IMG/VR virus record: IMGVR_UViG_2675903038_000001 | Location: 23,510-87,509 of that record | Direction: 5' to 3' (one strand) | DNA length: 64,000 nt | Origin: a virus | Lineage: Duplodnaviria; Caudoviricetes | In this document: in pieces, positions 63,908 through 64,000 of the stretch | Layout: each line of letters opens with the position of its first letter | Numbering within the stretch: position 1 is the stretch's first letter | Notes under the pieces: model-generated | What the model was told of the DNA's origin: nothing | The model's database searches: none | Seen by the model: only the letters and a program-made list of their open reading frames with translations | Position numbers and translations under genes: made by a program

Positions 63908-64000
63908 GGGTCTGTTGACATTTCACATAGGTAGCCACAGGTATCCACACGCGATAGCTACCATACTTTCGTAATTTCTCTTGAGTTTGTCGTATCGTGT
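63908..64000 (-). mobile_element. IS5-family element (end and transposase C-terminus)
   Basis: Minus strand TRYDKLKRNYESMVAIACGYLWLPM* ending at 63923; terminus GGGTCTGTTGACA after CTAG/TA. Confidence 0.82.

Overview
Nearly the whole window (1 to about 63,223) is the late (packaging, morphogenesis, lysis) half of a large temperate contractile-tailed prophage. The host is probably a betaproteobacterium; Nitrosomonas-like is my impression only. Gene order: terS, HNH, terL, an accessory island, portal, a ~16 kb block of putative head-cargo genes, prohead protease, scaffold, SPO1/Twort-type major capsid, head fibres, neck, sheath, tube, chaperones, tape measure, baseplate, a second insert (antirepressor with C4-like RNA and a HigBA-type TA pair), baseplate/fibre genes, and a lysis cluster containing a FliA-like sigma factor. 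The accessory island holds an integron cassette, a broken Mu-like mor gene, AIPR and a Dcm/REase/Vsr R-M system. The cargo block encodes a zeta-like kinase, a Mesh1-like HD hydrolase, MuF, an inorganic pyrophosphatase, a DarB-like methylase-helicase and a second SNF2 helicase. The prophage ends at a tRNA-Ser 3' fragment (att), followed by a P4-type integrase broken by an IS5-family element. The two most striking signals: (1) a shared hydrophobic-F-x-K-[AS] peptide tag on unrelated cargo enzymes that matches the h-x-K-[AS] sites in scaffold, protease, portal and capsid, suggesting a capsid-loading and processing code; (2) a 12-copy promoter motif RTCGTRA-N3-NANNNT, many copies of which appear to drive leaderless mRNAs. 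All calls come from reading the sequence by eye; no searches were run.
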